The notes beneath the pieces are model-generated. The model was not told the DNA's origin. It saw only the letters and a program-made list of their open reading frames with translations, and searched no databases. From assembly GCA_965203055.1 (NCBI GenBank), contig OZ241863.1, positions 3,872,001 through 3,936,000 of the forward strand: a stretch of DNA of 64,000 bases. Direction: 5' to 3'. This DNA is from Spirochaetia bacterium. GTDB taxonomy: Bacteria; Spirochaetota; Spirochaetia; SZUA-6; Bin103. The translations under genes and the position numbers were made by a program. Of this stretch, positions 1 to 13,947 are shown one piece after another (the stretch's first letter is position 1; every line of letters begins with the position of its first letter).

Positions 1-1323
1 TTTCCGGTGTGGTACCCGCTCGACCAGGCCGGAACCCCCAACTACGAGCAGCCGCTGCTGGCCGCGCCGGAGTCGCTGCCGGTGGACCCGCTGAGCGACG
101 CGCCGCCCGGCTACGCGCCCGATCAACGCGACCGGCCGGGCGGGTTCACCGCCGAAGCCGACGTGTTCGATACCTGGTTCACCAGCTCCCTGACACCCCA
201 GATCGGCAGCGGCTGGATCCTCGATCGCGAACGCCACGAGCGGCTGTCGCCGATGGATATCCGGCCGCAGGGGCACGACATCATCCGCACCTGGGCGTTC
301 TACACCATCGTCAAGGCGCACCTTCACTTCGACGCCATCCCGTGGCGGCATGCCTTGATCTCCGGCTGGATCCTCGATCCGGAACGCAAGAAGATGTCCA
401 AGAGCCGCGGCAACACGGTCACCCCGCAGCAGATCATCGACACCCACCACGCCGACGCCGCGCGCTACTGGGCGGCCAGCGCGCGGCTGGGGGTGGACAC
501 CGCCTACGACGAGTCGGTGTTCAAGGTCGGGCGCCGGCTGGTGACCAAGCTGTACAACGCCGGCAAGTTCGTGACCGGCATCGTGGCCGCGGCGCACGCC
601 GAGCCGGGCGGGAGGCCCGGCGTGGAAGCGGTGACCGACGAGTTGGACCGCGGCTTTCTGCAGCAGCTCCGCGCCCTGGTGGAACGGGCTACCGCCGCGT
701 TCGACGACTTCGACTACGCCGCGGCGCTGGCGCATACCGAAGAGTTCTTCTGGGGCAACTTTACCGATTCCTACATCGAGCTGGCCAAGAATCGCGCCAA
801 GGGCAGCGGCGGCGCGAGCCGCGCCGCGCGCGCTTCGGCCGTGGCCGCCCTCGACTTCGCGCTGCGCGCGCTGGTGCGCCTGTTCGCGCCGGTGCTGCCC
901 TACGTCACCGAGGAGGTGTGGTCGTGGGACTACGCGCCGCGCGCGGCGGCTGAGCTGGCCGAGGGGGACGGCGGCGGCGCCGGCGGCGACCTGCCGGCCG
1001 CCTGTTCGGTGCACCGCGCCGCGTGGCCGGCGGCGGCCGAGTTCGCGCCCCTCAGAGCGCCCGACAACGACGCCAGCTTCGCCGCCGCCAAGGCCTGCCT
1101 GGCGGCCATTCACCGGCACAAGACCCAGGCCTCGGTATCGGTGGCGCGGGCGGTCGACTCCATCCGCCTCGCCGCCCATCCGAGCACGGTGCGGGTCGCC
1201 GAGGCGGTAACCGGCGACGTGATCAGCGCGGTGCGCGCCGCGAGCTTCGAGCTGGTGGAAGACGATTCCCTCGCCGCCGGCGAGTTCGCCGTGCGGGCGG
1301 CCGAGTTCGCCGCCCGCGCCTGA
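1..1323 (+). CDS. valS: Valine--tRNA ligase, C-terminal part (gene starts left of window)
   Basis: DVFDTWFTSS, RPQGHDIIRTWAFYT, KMSKS motif, anticodon-binding helical domain; short C-terminus without the long coiled coil. Confidence 0.93.
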   Translation, partial: FPVWYPLDQAGTPNYEQPLLAAPESLPVDPLSDAPPGYAPDQRDRPGGFTAEADVFDTWFTSSLTPQIGSGWILDRERHERLSPMDIRPQGHDIIRTWAFYTIVKAHLHFDAIPWRHALISGWILDPERKKMSKSRGNTVTPQQIIDTHHADAARYWAASARLGVDTAYDESVFKVGRRLVTKLYNAGKFVTGIVAAAHAEPGGRPGVEAVTDELDRGFLQQLRALVERATAAFDDFDYAAALAHTEEFFWGNFTDSYIELAKNRAKGSGGASRAARASAVAALDFALRALVRLFAPVLPYVTEEVWSWDYAPRAAAELAEGDGGGAGGDLPAACSVHRAAWPAAAEFAPLRAPDNDASFAAAKACLAAIHRHKTQASVSVARAVDSIRLAAHPSTVRVAEAVTGDVISAVRAASFELVEDDSLAAGEFAVRAAEFAARA

Positions 1324-1337
1324 GCGGAGCGCGGGCG

Positions 1338-2480
1338 GTGGCGGCGCAACCGCGCGTCCCCGGCGCCAGCCGGCGCGTGGTGCGCGGGCGCGGCGCGGTG
1401 GCCAACCCCGGCAACCGCTTCGACGGCATCGACCACCTGCCCGACCCCGAGGCCCTGCAGGCGCAGGCCGACGCCGGCGAGGCCCCCGAGCGCCCGCGCA
1501 CCGAGCTGCTGCGCGACCGCTCGCGCAGCATCATCACCGGTAACGACAGCCCGGACGTGGGCTTCGCCGCCTCCATCAACCCCTACCGGGGCTGCGAGCA
1601 CGGCTGCGCCTACTGCTTCGCCCGGCCCACTCACGAGTACCTGGGCATGTCCGCCGGCCTCGACTTCGAGACCAGGATCCTGGTCAAGGAACACGCCCCG
1701 GAACTGCTACGCCGCGAGCTGGCGCGGCCCGGATGGCGCCCGCAGGCGCTCGGCCTGAGCGGCGTCACCGACCCCTACCAGCCGATCGAGCGCCGCCTGC
1801 GGGTGACGCGCGGCTGCCTGGAGGTGCTGTGCGAGGCGCGCAATCCGGTGCATGTGATTACCAAGAACTACTTGGTGACGCGCGACGTCGACCTGTTGGG
1901 GGAGCTGGCGCGGCAGCGGCTGGCCGCGGTGTGCATGTCGCTGCCCACCATCGACAGCGCCTTGAGCCGCGCGCTGGAGCCGCGCACCAGCCAGCCGCAA
2001 CGGCGCCTGGAGGCGATTGCGCGGCTCGCCGCCGCCGGCATACCGGTGGTGGTGCTGGTGGCGCCGGTCATTCCCGGACTCACCGACCACGAGATACCGG
2101 CCATCATCGCCGCCGCGCGCCGCGCCGGCGCCACCGGCGCCGGCTACGTCACCCTGCGGCTGCCGCTGGCGGTGGCGCCGCTGTTCAGCGCCTGGCTCGA
2201 GGAACACCGCCCCAACCACGCGCGCAAGGTGCTGCAGCGGGTCCGCGACCTGCGCGGCGGCGCCTTGAACGAGGCCGCCTTCGGCCACCGCATGCGCGGG
2301 CGCGGGCCGTTTGCGAAGTTGATCGAGCAGCTCTTCGCCGGCGCCTGCCGCCGCCACGGCATCGCCCCCGAGCTCCCGGCGCTGCGCACCGACCTGTTCC
2401 GGCGCCCGCGCGCCGACGCCGCGCAACTCCCGCTGTTCGCCGAGGACGGCGCCGAGCGCGGCGCGGAGGGCGGCCCGTGA
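1338..2480 (+). CDS. PA0069/Rv2578c-family radical SAM protein
   Basis: SINPYRGCEHGCAYCFAR (CxxxCxxC), TDPYQPIE; GTG at 1338 after GGAG. Confidence 0.88.
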   Translation: MAAQPRVPGASRRVVRGRGAVANPGNRFDGIDHLPDPEALQAQADAGEAPERPRTELLRDRSRSIITGNDSPDVGFAASINPYRGCEHGCAYCFARPTHEYLGMSAGLDFETRILVKEHAPELLRRELARPGWRPQALGLSGVTDPYQPIERRLRVTRGCLEVLCEARNPVHVITKNYLVTRDVDLLGELARQRLAAVCMSLPTIDSALSRALEPRTSQPQRRLEAIARLAAAGIPVVVLVAPVIPGLTDHEIPAIIAAARRAGATGAGYVTLRLPLAVAPLFSAWLEEHRPNHARKVLQRVRDLRGGALNEAAFGHRMRGRGPFAKLIEQLFAGACRRHGIAPELPALRTDLFRRPRADAAQLPLFAEDGAERGAEGGP

Positions 2481-2800
2481 GCGGCGCGGCGCAGGAGGCG
2501 CCCTGGCCCGAGGCAATCGACGCCCCGGACGCCGGAACGGAGGCGCGCGAGCCGCCGTTGTTTCAGGTGATCATGCACAACGACCACTACACCACCATGG
2601 ACTTCGTGGTGAGCGTGCTCGAGAGCGTGTTCTACAAGTCGCCCTCCGAGGCTACGCAGATCATGCTCGCGATTCATCGCCGCGGCGCGGGCCGCTGCGG
2701 CGTCTATACCCGCGAGGTGGCGGAAATGAAGATCGAGCAGGTGCATCGGCTGGCGCGGCGGCGCGAGTTTCCGCTGCGCTGTTCGCTGCAAGAGGAATGA
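2477..2800 (+). CDS. clpS: ATP-dependent Clp protease adaptor ClpS
   Basis: VIMHNDHYTTMDFVV...IMLAIHRRG...FPLRC; GTGA overlap with upstream stop; precedes clpA. Confidence 0.93.
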   Translation: MSGAAQEAPWPEAIDAPDAGTEAREPPLFQVIMHNDHYTTMDFVVSVLESVFYKSPSEATQIMLAIHRRGAGRCGVYTREVAEMKIEQVHRLARRREFPLRCSLQEE

Positions 2801-2807
2801 TTCGACG

Positions 2808-5156
<2,349 letters not shown>

Positions 5157-5190
5157 TTCGGGCGCGGCGCGCTACCCGTTACGTCCTGCG

Positions 5191-6342
5191 TTACAGTGGG
5201 CGCTCGTAGATGCGGTAGCGTTTGTAGACCCGCGCGCCCAGCTTCTCCAGCGTGTTGCGCATGGCGTAGTTGTCCTCCAGCACCCACGAAAACTCGCCGC
5301 GCCGGTATCCCTTGGCCACGCCGCGGGTGTAGGTCTCGTAGTAGAACACCGCGTCCAGGCCAAGGTTGCGGAACTTGTGGCGCACCCCGGCCAGCGCCAC
5401 CCGCAGCAGGTCGATCTTGCGGCGGTACCACAGCACCTTGAGCACGCCGGTGGGAAGCAGCCGCCCGTTGAGGCGCCGCAGCACCTGGTGGAAGTCGGGC
5501 AGCGCCAGCGAGAAGCCCGCCGGCTCACCGTCCACGAACGCCAGCAGCGCCAGGTCGGGGTCGATCACCATCTTCAGGTCGGCCACGCTGTAGTCGATCT
5601 CGGCGTCGCTCCACGGCACGAATCCCCAGTTCCTGGTCCAGGCGTCGTTGTAGATCTGCTTGACCAGCGCCATTTCGCGGTCGAGTTGGCGCAGGTTCGC
5701 GCTGCGAATGGTGACGTTGTGGCGGCGGCGCACCAACTCCGCCAGCCGCGCGGCGCGCGGCGGCACCGGCGTCTCGCGCGAGTCCATGTAGAGCGCCACC
5801 AGGTCCTTGGCCTTGACCAGCCCGGCGGCCTGCAGCAGACGCGGGTAGTAGGAGGGATTGTAGGCCATGAGGATGGCGGGCGGGAGGTCGTACGCATCGA
5901 GCAGGATGCCGAGCGACTCCGCGGTGGAGGGGTTGACCGGCCCGCGCAGGCAGGTCATGCCGCGCGCCTTCAGCCAGCGGCCGGCGGCGTCCAGCAGGGC
6001 GCGCGCTACCGCCGTCAGGTCCTCGGCCTCGAAGAAGCCGAAGAAGCCGGTGCGTTCCTCGTGGAACTTGTTGTACTCATGATCGATGATGGCGGCCGCG
6101 GTGCCCGCGACCTCGCCGCCGCGGTAGGCCAGGAAGGGCTGGATCTCGGCATGTCGGTAGAACGGGTTGCGCGCGGTATCGAGTTTCTTCCTGAAGTCCG
6201 AGAGCAGCGGCGGCACCCACGCCGAGTTGCCGCGGTAGACCGACCACGGGAACCGCATGAAGCGCCGCCGCTCGGCCGCGCTCCGCACCGCCGCCACCCG
6301 TATCGCTTCCTGGGAGGTCTTGCGGGCGGCGGCGACTGCCAT
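5191..6342 (-). CDS. YghO-like tandem GNAT acyltransferase (bacterial ceramide synthase-like family)
   Basis: FPWSVY..WVPPL, GFFGFFE, GPVNPST, YNPSYY, WTRNWGFVP, EFSWVLEDN, YKRYRIY; start uncertain. Confidence 0.75.
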   Translation of the reverse strand: MAVAAARKTSQEAIRVAAVRSAAERRRFMRFPWSVYRGNSAWVPPLLSDFRKKLDTARNPFYRHAEIQPFLAYRGGEVAGTAAAIIDHEYNKFHEERTGFFGFFEAEDLTAVARALLDAAGRWLKARGMTCLRGPVNPSTAESLGILLDAYDLPPAILMAYNPSYYPRLLQAAGLVKAKDLVALYMDSRETPVPPRAARLAELVRRRHNVTIRSANLRQLDREMALVKQIYNDAWTRNWGFVPWSDAEIDYSVADLKMVIDPDLALLAFVDGEPAGFSLALPDFHQVLRRLNGRLLPTGVLKVLWYRRKIDLLRVALAGVRHKFRNLGLDAVFYYETYTRGVAKGYRRGEFSWVLEDNYAMRNTLEKLGARVYKRYRIYERPL

Positions 6343-6444
6343 AAGCGGTAGCGCAGCATACCATGAAGATGCGCTTTCCCGTATCGTAACTCCGAGCATG
6401 AGGATGGCGACCGCGAACCATGCCAGGGATGGCGCAGCTCACCG

Positions 6445-7425
6445 GTGCGGGTAGCGGTGACCGGCGGCAGCGGGTTCATCGGCGCCCATCTGCTGGCCGC
6501 GCTCGCCGCGCGCGGCGACCGGGTGCGCTGCCTGTTGCGCCCGGGCAGCGACCGCGCGCATCTGCCGGCGGCGGTGGAACCGGTGGTCGCGGCCGATCTG
6601 ACCGCCGCCGGCGCCCTGGAGCGGCTGGTGCGCGGCAGCGACGCCGTGGTGCACCTCGCCGGGTTGACCCGGTCGTGGAGCGCGCGGGAGTTGCAGCGCG
6701 TCAACCGTGACGGCAGCGCGGCGCTGTGCGCGGCGCTGGCGCGGGCGCGCCCGGCGGTGGGCCAGCTCATCATGGTCAGCAGTCAGGCCGCGGTGGGTCC
6801 CTCCTGCGGGCGCCGGCCGCGCCGCGAGCAGGATCCGCCGGCTCCGGTCACCGCCTACGGGCGCAGCAAGCTGGCCGCCGAGCGCGTGCGGCAGCGCCAT
6901 CCCCGGTTGCCGATCACCGTACTGCGCCCGCCCGCGGTGTACGGCCCCGGAGACCGCGACATATTCGCCTACTTTCGCCTGGTACGATCCGGCCTGCGCC
7001 CCGAACTGGTGCCTGCGGGCCGCCTCAGCATGGTGTACGTCGGCAACCTGGTGGACGCGCTGCTGCTGCTGCTGGAGCGGCCGCCGCGCGCCGGGCACCG
7101 CGTCTACCACGTGGCCGACCGCGGCGTGGTGACCATGAGCACGGTGGCGCGCTGGATCGCCGCCGCCTACGGGCGCCCCACCCTGCGGCTGCCGGTGCCG
7201 CTGGCCGCCCTGGCCGTGGCCGGGCTGCCGCTGGCCGCCGCCGGCCGCCTGCTGCGCCGCGACCTGCTGCTGAGCCGCGACAAGCTGCGCGAGATCGCGC
7301 AACCGTCCTGGGTGTTCGCCGCAAGCCGCATTCAGCGCCAACTCGGCTACCGGCCGCGCGTCACCACCCGCGACGGCATCCGGCGCACCGCGCAGTGGTA
7401 CCTGGAACACCGCTGGCTACGCTGA
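6445..7425 (+). CDS. NAD-dependent epimerase/dehydratase family protein (extended SDR)
   Basis: VTGGSGFIG Rossmann motif, YGRSK catalytic motif, RPPAVYGPGD. Confidence 0.88.
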   Translation: MRVAVTGGSGFIGAHLLAALAARGDRVRCLLRPGSDRAHLPAAVEPVVAADLTAAGALERLVRGSDAVVHLAGLTRSWSARELQRVNRDGSAALCAALARARPAVGQLIMVSSQAAVGPSCGRRPRREQDPPAPVTAYGRSKLAAERVRQRHPRLPITVLRPPAVYGPGDRDIFAYFRLVRSGLRPELVPAGRLSMVYVGNLVDALLLLLERPPRAGHRVYHVADRGVVTMSTVARWIAAAYGRPTLRLPVPLAALAVAGLPLAAAGRLLRRDLLLSRDKLREIAQPSWVFAASRIQRQLGYRPRVTTRDGIRRTAQWYLEHRWLR

Positions 7426-7449
7426 CGTTACGCCTTGACTCCGGCAGGG

Positions 7450-7791
7450 TTACGGTCGTTCTGCCGGCGGTTCCGGCACAAGCGCGGGGGACGGCCACGG
7501 GCGGCGCAGGTCCTCGACACGGGTTCCCATCACGGCCAAGCGCGTCTCAACGGCGCCTACCCTGGTTTCCACCACGGCCAAGCGGGTCTCAATGGCACCC
7601 ACTCGGTCGGTCAGCTTGCGCACCTCTCCGCCCAGGTCCTTCACGTCGTTCTCGATGCCCTTCACGTCGTTCTCGATGCGCGCCAAGCTCTGCCGTACAT
7701 CCGCGCGGCCATCCCGCAGGATTGCCCACGCCAGCGCACCAAGCGCTACCACGGCCGGCGCAAGGCTTATCAGCAGGTTGGCGGGCTCCAT
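7450..7791 (-). CDS. Small membrane-anchored coiled-coil protein, unknown function
   Basis: N-terminal hydrophobic helix then heptads IENDVKG/IENDVKD and GAIETRLAVV/GAVETRLAVM encoded by 21- and 42-bp tandem repeats. Confidence 0.65.
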   Translation of the reverse strand: MEPANLLISLAPAVVALGALAWAILRDGRADVRQSLARIENDVKGIENDVKDLGGEVRKLTDRVGAIETRLAVVETRVGAVETRLAVMGTRVEDLRRPWPSPALVPEPPAERP

Positions 7792-7846
7792 GCCGGTCAC
7801 CTTACCGCGATTCGTCTGGTGGTGTGTGAAGTCGCGGGCTGCCAGT

Positions 7847-10006
7847 CTACGGGGCGGGCTCGCGGTGCAGGGACTGCACCGCCGGCAGGCTCTTCAGGTG
7901 CTTGATCACGCGGCCGTAGTCACGTCGGCTCTTCACCGCCACGGTGAAGCGGCCGGTGAGGTGGGCCTGGCTGTCCGGGTCCAGATAGCCGGACACCAGC
8001 GTGCCGCCGTCGTTGTGGATGATGCGCTCGATCTCCGAGTAGAGGCGCGCGTCGGGCGCGGCGGTGACGGTGAAGCTGTAGCTCAGCCGCGGCGCCGGCA
8101 TTTCCCACGCCACCTCCACGCCGCGCTCGTCGAAGTCGCGAATGTTGAGCACGTTGGCGCAGGCGGCGCGGTGCACGGTGATGCCTTGGCCGCGTGACAC
8201 GTAGCCGACGATCTCGTCGGCCGGGGTGGGCTGGCAGCAGCGCGCCAGCCGGATCAGCAGGCCGGCGTCGTTGCCGTCGCGCAGCCCCACCCGCCAGGAC
8301 GCGTCGTCGCCGGAAGCCGGTTCGTCGGGCCGGGCGCCGGCGCCGGGCGCCCGGCGGCGGCGGGGCGCCGGGTCCGAGGTCCGGGCCGGGCGCGCCGGCT
8401 GCGCCACGATGTTGCGCTGGATGATCAGGTCGGGGTTCTCCTGGATCAACCAGTGGCGGATCTTGGAGCGGGCGCGGGCGGTCTTGACCGAGCGCAGCCA
8501 GCCGACGTGCGGCCGGGCGCGGGGGCTGGTGATGATCTGAATCACCTGCGTGTTCTTCAGTTCCCCGCTCAGCGGCACGATGCTGCCGTTGGCCTTCGCC
8601 GCCTGACAGTGGTTTCCCACCTCGGTGTGAATGTGATAGGCGAAGTCGATGGGAGTGGACCCGCGCGGCAGCTCGATGATGTCTCCCTCCGGCGTGAACA
8701 CGTAGATCGAATCGCGCAGCAGCTCGCGCTTGATCTCATCCAGGAACTCGGTGGAAGCCGCCTGCGCCCCCTGCCAGTCGCGCAGCTTGTTGATGATCGA
8801 CAGCTTGCCGGCGAGCGCCGCGGCGTCGCCGTTGCGCGGTGACTTGTACAGCCAGTGGGCGGCGATGCCGTTCTCCGCGGTCTCGTGCATCTGAGCGCTG
8901 CGGATCTGAAATTCGATGGTGGTTCCCCCGGGGCCCATCACCGTGGTGTGCAGGCTCTGGTAGCGGTTGGACTTGGGCATCGCGATGTAGTCCTTGAACC
9001 GCCCCTCGATCGGCAGCCAAAGCTGGTGCACCAGGCCGAGAATCTCGTAGCATTCGCCGGCGGAAGCGCAGATGATCCGCACCCCCAGCAGATCGTGGAT
9101 TTCGTCCGCGGAGTGGCCGCGGCCCTTCATCTTCTGGAAGATCGAGTAGAAGTGCTTGGCGCGGCTCTCCACCCGCAATTGGACGCCCGCGTCGCGCGCC
9201 GCGGCGGTGAGCTGTTCGGTAACGCGCCGCAGGTAGACGTCGCGCTCCGCCCGCGTCGCCGCCACGAACTCCTTGAGTTGCTCGTAGGCGCGCGGGTAGA
9301 GGTGCTTCATCGCCAAGTCTTCCAATTCGGTGCGGATCCGGTAGAGGCCGAGCCGCCCTGCCAACGGACAGTAGATGTCCATGCACTCGCGCGCGATACG
9401 GGTGCGGTTGTCGGGGTTGTGGAACTCCAGCGTGCGCATGTTGTGCAGCTTGTCGGCCAGCTTGATGAGGATTACGCGCACGTCGCGCACCATCGCGAAC
9501 AACATCTTGCGGATCGACTCCGCCGCCCGCGCCCAGTGGCTCTGCCCCTTGATGATGGAGATCTTGGTGACCCCCTGGACCAGACCGGCCACCTCGGCGC
9601 CGAACGCGGCGGTGATCTCTTCGAGGGTCGAGCCGGTGTCTTCCACCACGTCATGGAGCAGCGCGGCCATCACCGTGTCCGCGTCGAGGCGGGTTTCCAC
9701 CAGAATGGCGGCTACTTCCAGCGGGTGAATGATGAACGGGTCGCCGCTGGCCCGGAACTGCCCCGAGTGGCGCGCGTTGGCCCAGCGCGCCGCGGCGATG
9801 ATCCTGCCCTGCGCGGCTTCGTCGTATTCCTCCGCCGCGGCCTCGAGGCGCTCGCAGAAGCGGTTGACCAGCCGCCGCGAGGCCTGCGTCACCCGCGGGT
9901 AGCCGGCATGCGGGCCGCGGTCGCGGGTCGCCACCGCCGCCGGGGGCGCGCCGCCGGGCGCGGCCGCGGCGGGCGGCGGCGCGGCGGGCGGAGGCCCCCC
10001 GCTCAC
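7847..10006 (-). CDS. rel: Bifunctional (p)ppGpp synthetase/hydrolase Rel
   Basis: HD domain (HPLEVA, LLHDVVEDT), RFKDY, YQSLHT, TGS (DFAYHIHT), ZFD (ARCCQP), ACT-like end; start at GTG overlapping prmC stop is uncertain. Confidence 0.93.
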   Translation of the reverse strand: MSGGPPPAAPPPAAAAPGGAPPAAVATRDRGPHAGYPRVTQASRRLVNRFCERLEAAAEEYDEAAQGRIIAAARWANARHSGQFRASGDPFIIHPLEVAAILVETRLDADTVMAALLHDVVEDTGSTLEEITAAFGAEVAGLVQGVTKISIIKGQSHWARAAESIRKMLFAMVRDVRVILIKLADKLHNMRTLEFHNPDNRTRIARECMDIYCPLAGRLGLYRIRTELEDLAMKHLYPRAYEQLKEFVAATRAERDVYLRRVTEQLTAAARDAGVQLRVESRAKHFYSIFQKMKGRGHSADEIHDLLGVRIICASAGECYEILGLVHQLWLPIEGRFKDYIAMPKSNRYQSLHTTVMGPGGTTIEFQIRSAQMHETAENGIAAHWLYKSPRNGDAAALAGKLSIINKLRDWQGAQAASTEFLDEIKRELLRDSIYVFTPEGDIIELPRGSTPIDFAYHIHTEVGNHCQAAKANGSIVPLSGELKNTQVIQIITSPRARPHVGWLRSVKTARARSKIRHWLIQENPDLIIQRNIVAQPARPARTSDPAPRRRRAPGAGARPDEPASGDDASWRVGLRDGNDAGLLIRLARCCQPTPADEIVGYVSRGQGITVHRAACANVLNIRDFDERGVEVAWEMPAPRLSYSFTVTAAPDARLYSEIERIIHNDGGTLVSGYLDPDSQAHLTGRFTVAVKSRRDYGRVIKHLKSLPAVQSLHREPAP

Positions 10007-10916
10007 CGCGTTCCCCGGTGGGCGATCAACACCCGCGGCAATCCCGCCAGGTCGCGCCACAGCTCGACGGGCGCGAAGCCGCGCCGCTCCAGTGCGGGCG
10101 CCAGCGCCGCGGCGCCGCCGGCGCCGGTCTCCAGCAGCAATGCGCCCCCCGGCCGCAGGCGCCGCCGCGCGCAGTCGAGCAGGCGGCGGCTCGGCCCCAG
10201 CCCGTCGGCGCCGCCGTCCAGCGCCAGCGCCGGCTCCGGCCAACCCCGCCGGCGCAGCCGCGCAACCTCCGCGCTGGTCAGGTAGGGCAGGTTGGCTACG
10301 ATCAGGTCCCAGCGCGCCGGCGCCGGCGGCAGCAGGTCGCACACCCGCAGCCGCAACCGCCCCGCGCCCAGGCGGTCGCGGTTGCCCCGCGCCGCGGCCA
10401 CCGCCGCCGGCGACAGATCCGAGGCGCTCACCCGCCACGCCGGGCGCTCGAGCTGCAGGGTCACGGCCACCGCGCCGCTGCCGGTGCCGACCTCGTGCAG
10501 CGCCGGGACCCCGCCGGCCGCGGCGCCGGCGTCACCCCGGCGCAGCGCCGCCTGCACCAGCAGCTCGGTCTCCGGGCGCGGGATCAGCACGCGCCGGTCC
10601 ACGCGGAAGGGGCGCCCGTAGAACTCCTTGCAGCCGCGCAGGTAGGCTACCGGTTCGCCGGCCGCGCGCCGCTCCAGGACCTGCTCGAAGCGCGCCCTGG
10701 TGAGCTCCGGCAACGGCTCCGGATAGGCCGCGAACAGCCGCTCCTTGGAGACCGCCAGCAGGTGCGCCAGCAACACCGCGGCGTCCAGGTAGGGGGTGTC
10801 CGCGCCGCGCGCGCGCAGCCGGGCGGCGGCCGCGCCCACCGCGGCGCCGACCGTGACCGGCGCGGCGCCGCGCGCCCGCGGCAGCGCCGCCGGCGCCGCC
10901 ACTGCGGCCGCGGCCA

Positions 10917-10917
<1 letters not shown>
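10003..10917 (-). CDS. prmC: Release factor glutamine methyltransferase
   Basis: GEPVAYL, VLIPRPETE, GTGSG, NLPY; follows prfA. Confidence 0.92.
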
Positions 10918-12013
<1,096 letters not shown>

Positions 12014-12017
<4 letters not shown>

Positions 12018-12595
12018 GACTTACGCGGCGCCGGACTGCTCCGGGGCTGGCGATGGAACAGGAAGCCGAACAGGCTGCCGCAGACCCCGCCGGCGATGTG
12101 CGCGAACTGGGAAACGGTGTCGTCCGCGAACGCGCCCAGCACCTCGCGCACCAGGTACACCACCACCACCAGGATGAAGGTGAGCGGTATCTCGCCGCTG
12201 GCGATGTTGGTGAAGGAACTGAGCAGGATCATCATGAACACCACGCCGCTCGCCCCCATGAGGCCGGTATCGAGGAACAGGACATTGATCACTCCGGTAA
12301 CCAGCGCGGTGACCAGCATCATGGCCAGCAGCGGGCCGGAATGGTACTTCTCTTCCAGTATCGGCCCGATCAACAGGATGAGCGAGAAATTGGCAACCAG
12401 ATGGGTCCAGTCCTGGTGACCGGCGACGTGGGAGATCACGCGGAAGTAGCTCAGCGGCGACTGGCCGTCGAACGTCGGCGGCACCGCGAAGTAGAGCCGC
12501 GACACCTGGCCGCCGGCCAGCAGATCCGCGGCCAGCACCGCGACGCTGACCAGGGCGAAGGAAAGTACGGACGGCGCGTTGTAGCGGATCTTCAT
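12014..12595 (-). CDS. Rhomboid family intramembrane serine protease
   Basis: HLVAN, GASG, AHIAGG motifs; hydrophobic. Confidence 0.85.
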
Positions 12596-13947
12596 AGCTG
12601 TGCTCCTCCAAGCAGTTCCATGATGCGGGCGTTGGCCTCCGCCAGCGCCTGCTCATCGACCGCCTCCAGCCGCAGCCGCAGCAGCGGCTCGGTGTTGCTC
12701 GGGCGCAGATTGAACCAGAACCGGTCGTAGCTCACGCTGACCCCGTCCAGCTCCTCCCGGCGGCCGTCGGCGCAGGCGGCCCGCACCCGCTGCAGCGCCG
12801 CGTTCGGGTCGCGCCCGTCGAGGCGGATGTTCACCTCCTCCTGCTGCGCGTAGCGGGCGCGCAGCGGCGCCGCCAGCTCCGACAGCGGGCGCCCGCGCCG
12901 CAGCATCAGGTTGAGCAGCATGCCGAGCCCGTAGATGGCGGACTCGGTGTAGAAGGAGTCGCTGACCCGGAAGTAGAGGTGGCCCGAGGTTTCGTTGCCG
13001 TACCACGCGCCGGAGCGCACCATCGCGTCATGGAGGTGGCTGTACCCTACCCGGGCCTTCACCGGGATGCCGCCGGCCGCGGCGATCTCCTCCGGCAACA
13101 CCCGGGAGGAGATCAGGTCGTAGACGATGGCCGCGCCCGGATGCTGCTCCAGCACGGCGCCGGCGATCAGGGCGCCGGCGAAGTAGCTCTCCAGCGCGCG
13201 TCCGGTCTCGTCGAAGAACAGGATGCGGTCGCCGTCGCCGTCCAGCACCGCGCCCAGCGCCGCCCCGGCGCGCGGCACCGCGGCCGCCGCCTGGCGCTGG
13301 CTGGCGGCCTCCAGCGGGTTGGGCGGGTGGGCGGGGAACGATCCGTCGGGGGCGCCGTTGAGCAGCACGGCGTCCAGGCCCAGGCGTTCCGCGGCAGCGG
13401 CCAGCAGCCCCCCGGCCGAGCCGTTGGAAGCGTCCAGCACCACCTTCATACCGCGCGCCTCGGGACGCACGTGGGCGGTGGCGAACGCCACGTAGGACTC
13501 TAACGCCGCGGCCGGCAGCGCCGGCAACGGCGCCGGGACCGCGGGCGGGACGCCGGCGTCGCCGGCCACCGCCGCTTCGATGGCGCGCAACCCCTTGGCG
13601 TAGCTCACCGAGCCGCCGTTGCCGTCGTACAGCTTGAAGCCGTGGTACTGCGGCGGATTGTGGGACGCGGTGGCCATCACGCCGGCGCCGTAGCCGCGCT
13701 GCAACTGCAGGTAATGCAGCGCCGGGGTGCTGATGCAGCCGGCGTCGCGCAGCGCGCTCCCGGCGCTGGCGGCGCCGGCGCCGAAGGCGCGCAGCAGCTC
13801 CGCCGAGTGGGTGCGCGCGTCGGCGCCGCCGAGCATCTCCGCGGCGCCGCTGAAACGGGCAAAGGCGCGCCCCACCCGGAACGCCAGGACAGCGTCGATC
13901 TCGGCGCCGTAGATGCCGCGAATGTCATACGCCTTGAACGGATTCAT
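12592..13947 (-). CDS. Phosphomannomutase/phosphoglucomutase
   Basis: FKAYDIRG, TASHNP, DGDGDR, RPSNTEP. Confidence 0.92.
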   Translation of the reverse strand: MNPFKAYDIRGIYGAEIDAVLAFRVGRAFARFSGAAEMLGGADARTHSAELLRAFGAGAASAGSALRDAGCISTPALHYLQLQRGYGAGVMATASHNPPQYHGFKLYDGNGGSVSYAKGLRAIEAAVAGDAGVPPAVPAPLPALPAAALESYVAFATAHVRPEARGMKVVLDASNGSAGGLLAAAAERLGLDAVLLNGAPDGSFPAHPPNPLEAASQRQAAAAVPRAGAALGAVLDGDGDRILFFDETGRALESYFAGALIAGAVLEQHPGAAIVYDLISSRVLPEEIAAAGGIPVKARVGYSHLHDAMVRSGAWYGNETSGHLYFRVSDSFYTESAIYGLGMLLNLMLRRGRPLSELAAPLRARYAQQEEVNIRLDGRDPNAALQRVRAACADGRREELDGVSVSYDRFWFNLRPSNTEPLLRLRLEAVDEQALAEANARIMELLGGAQL

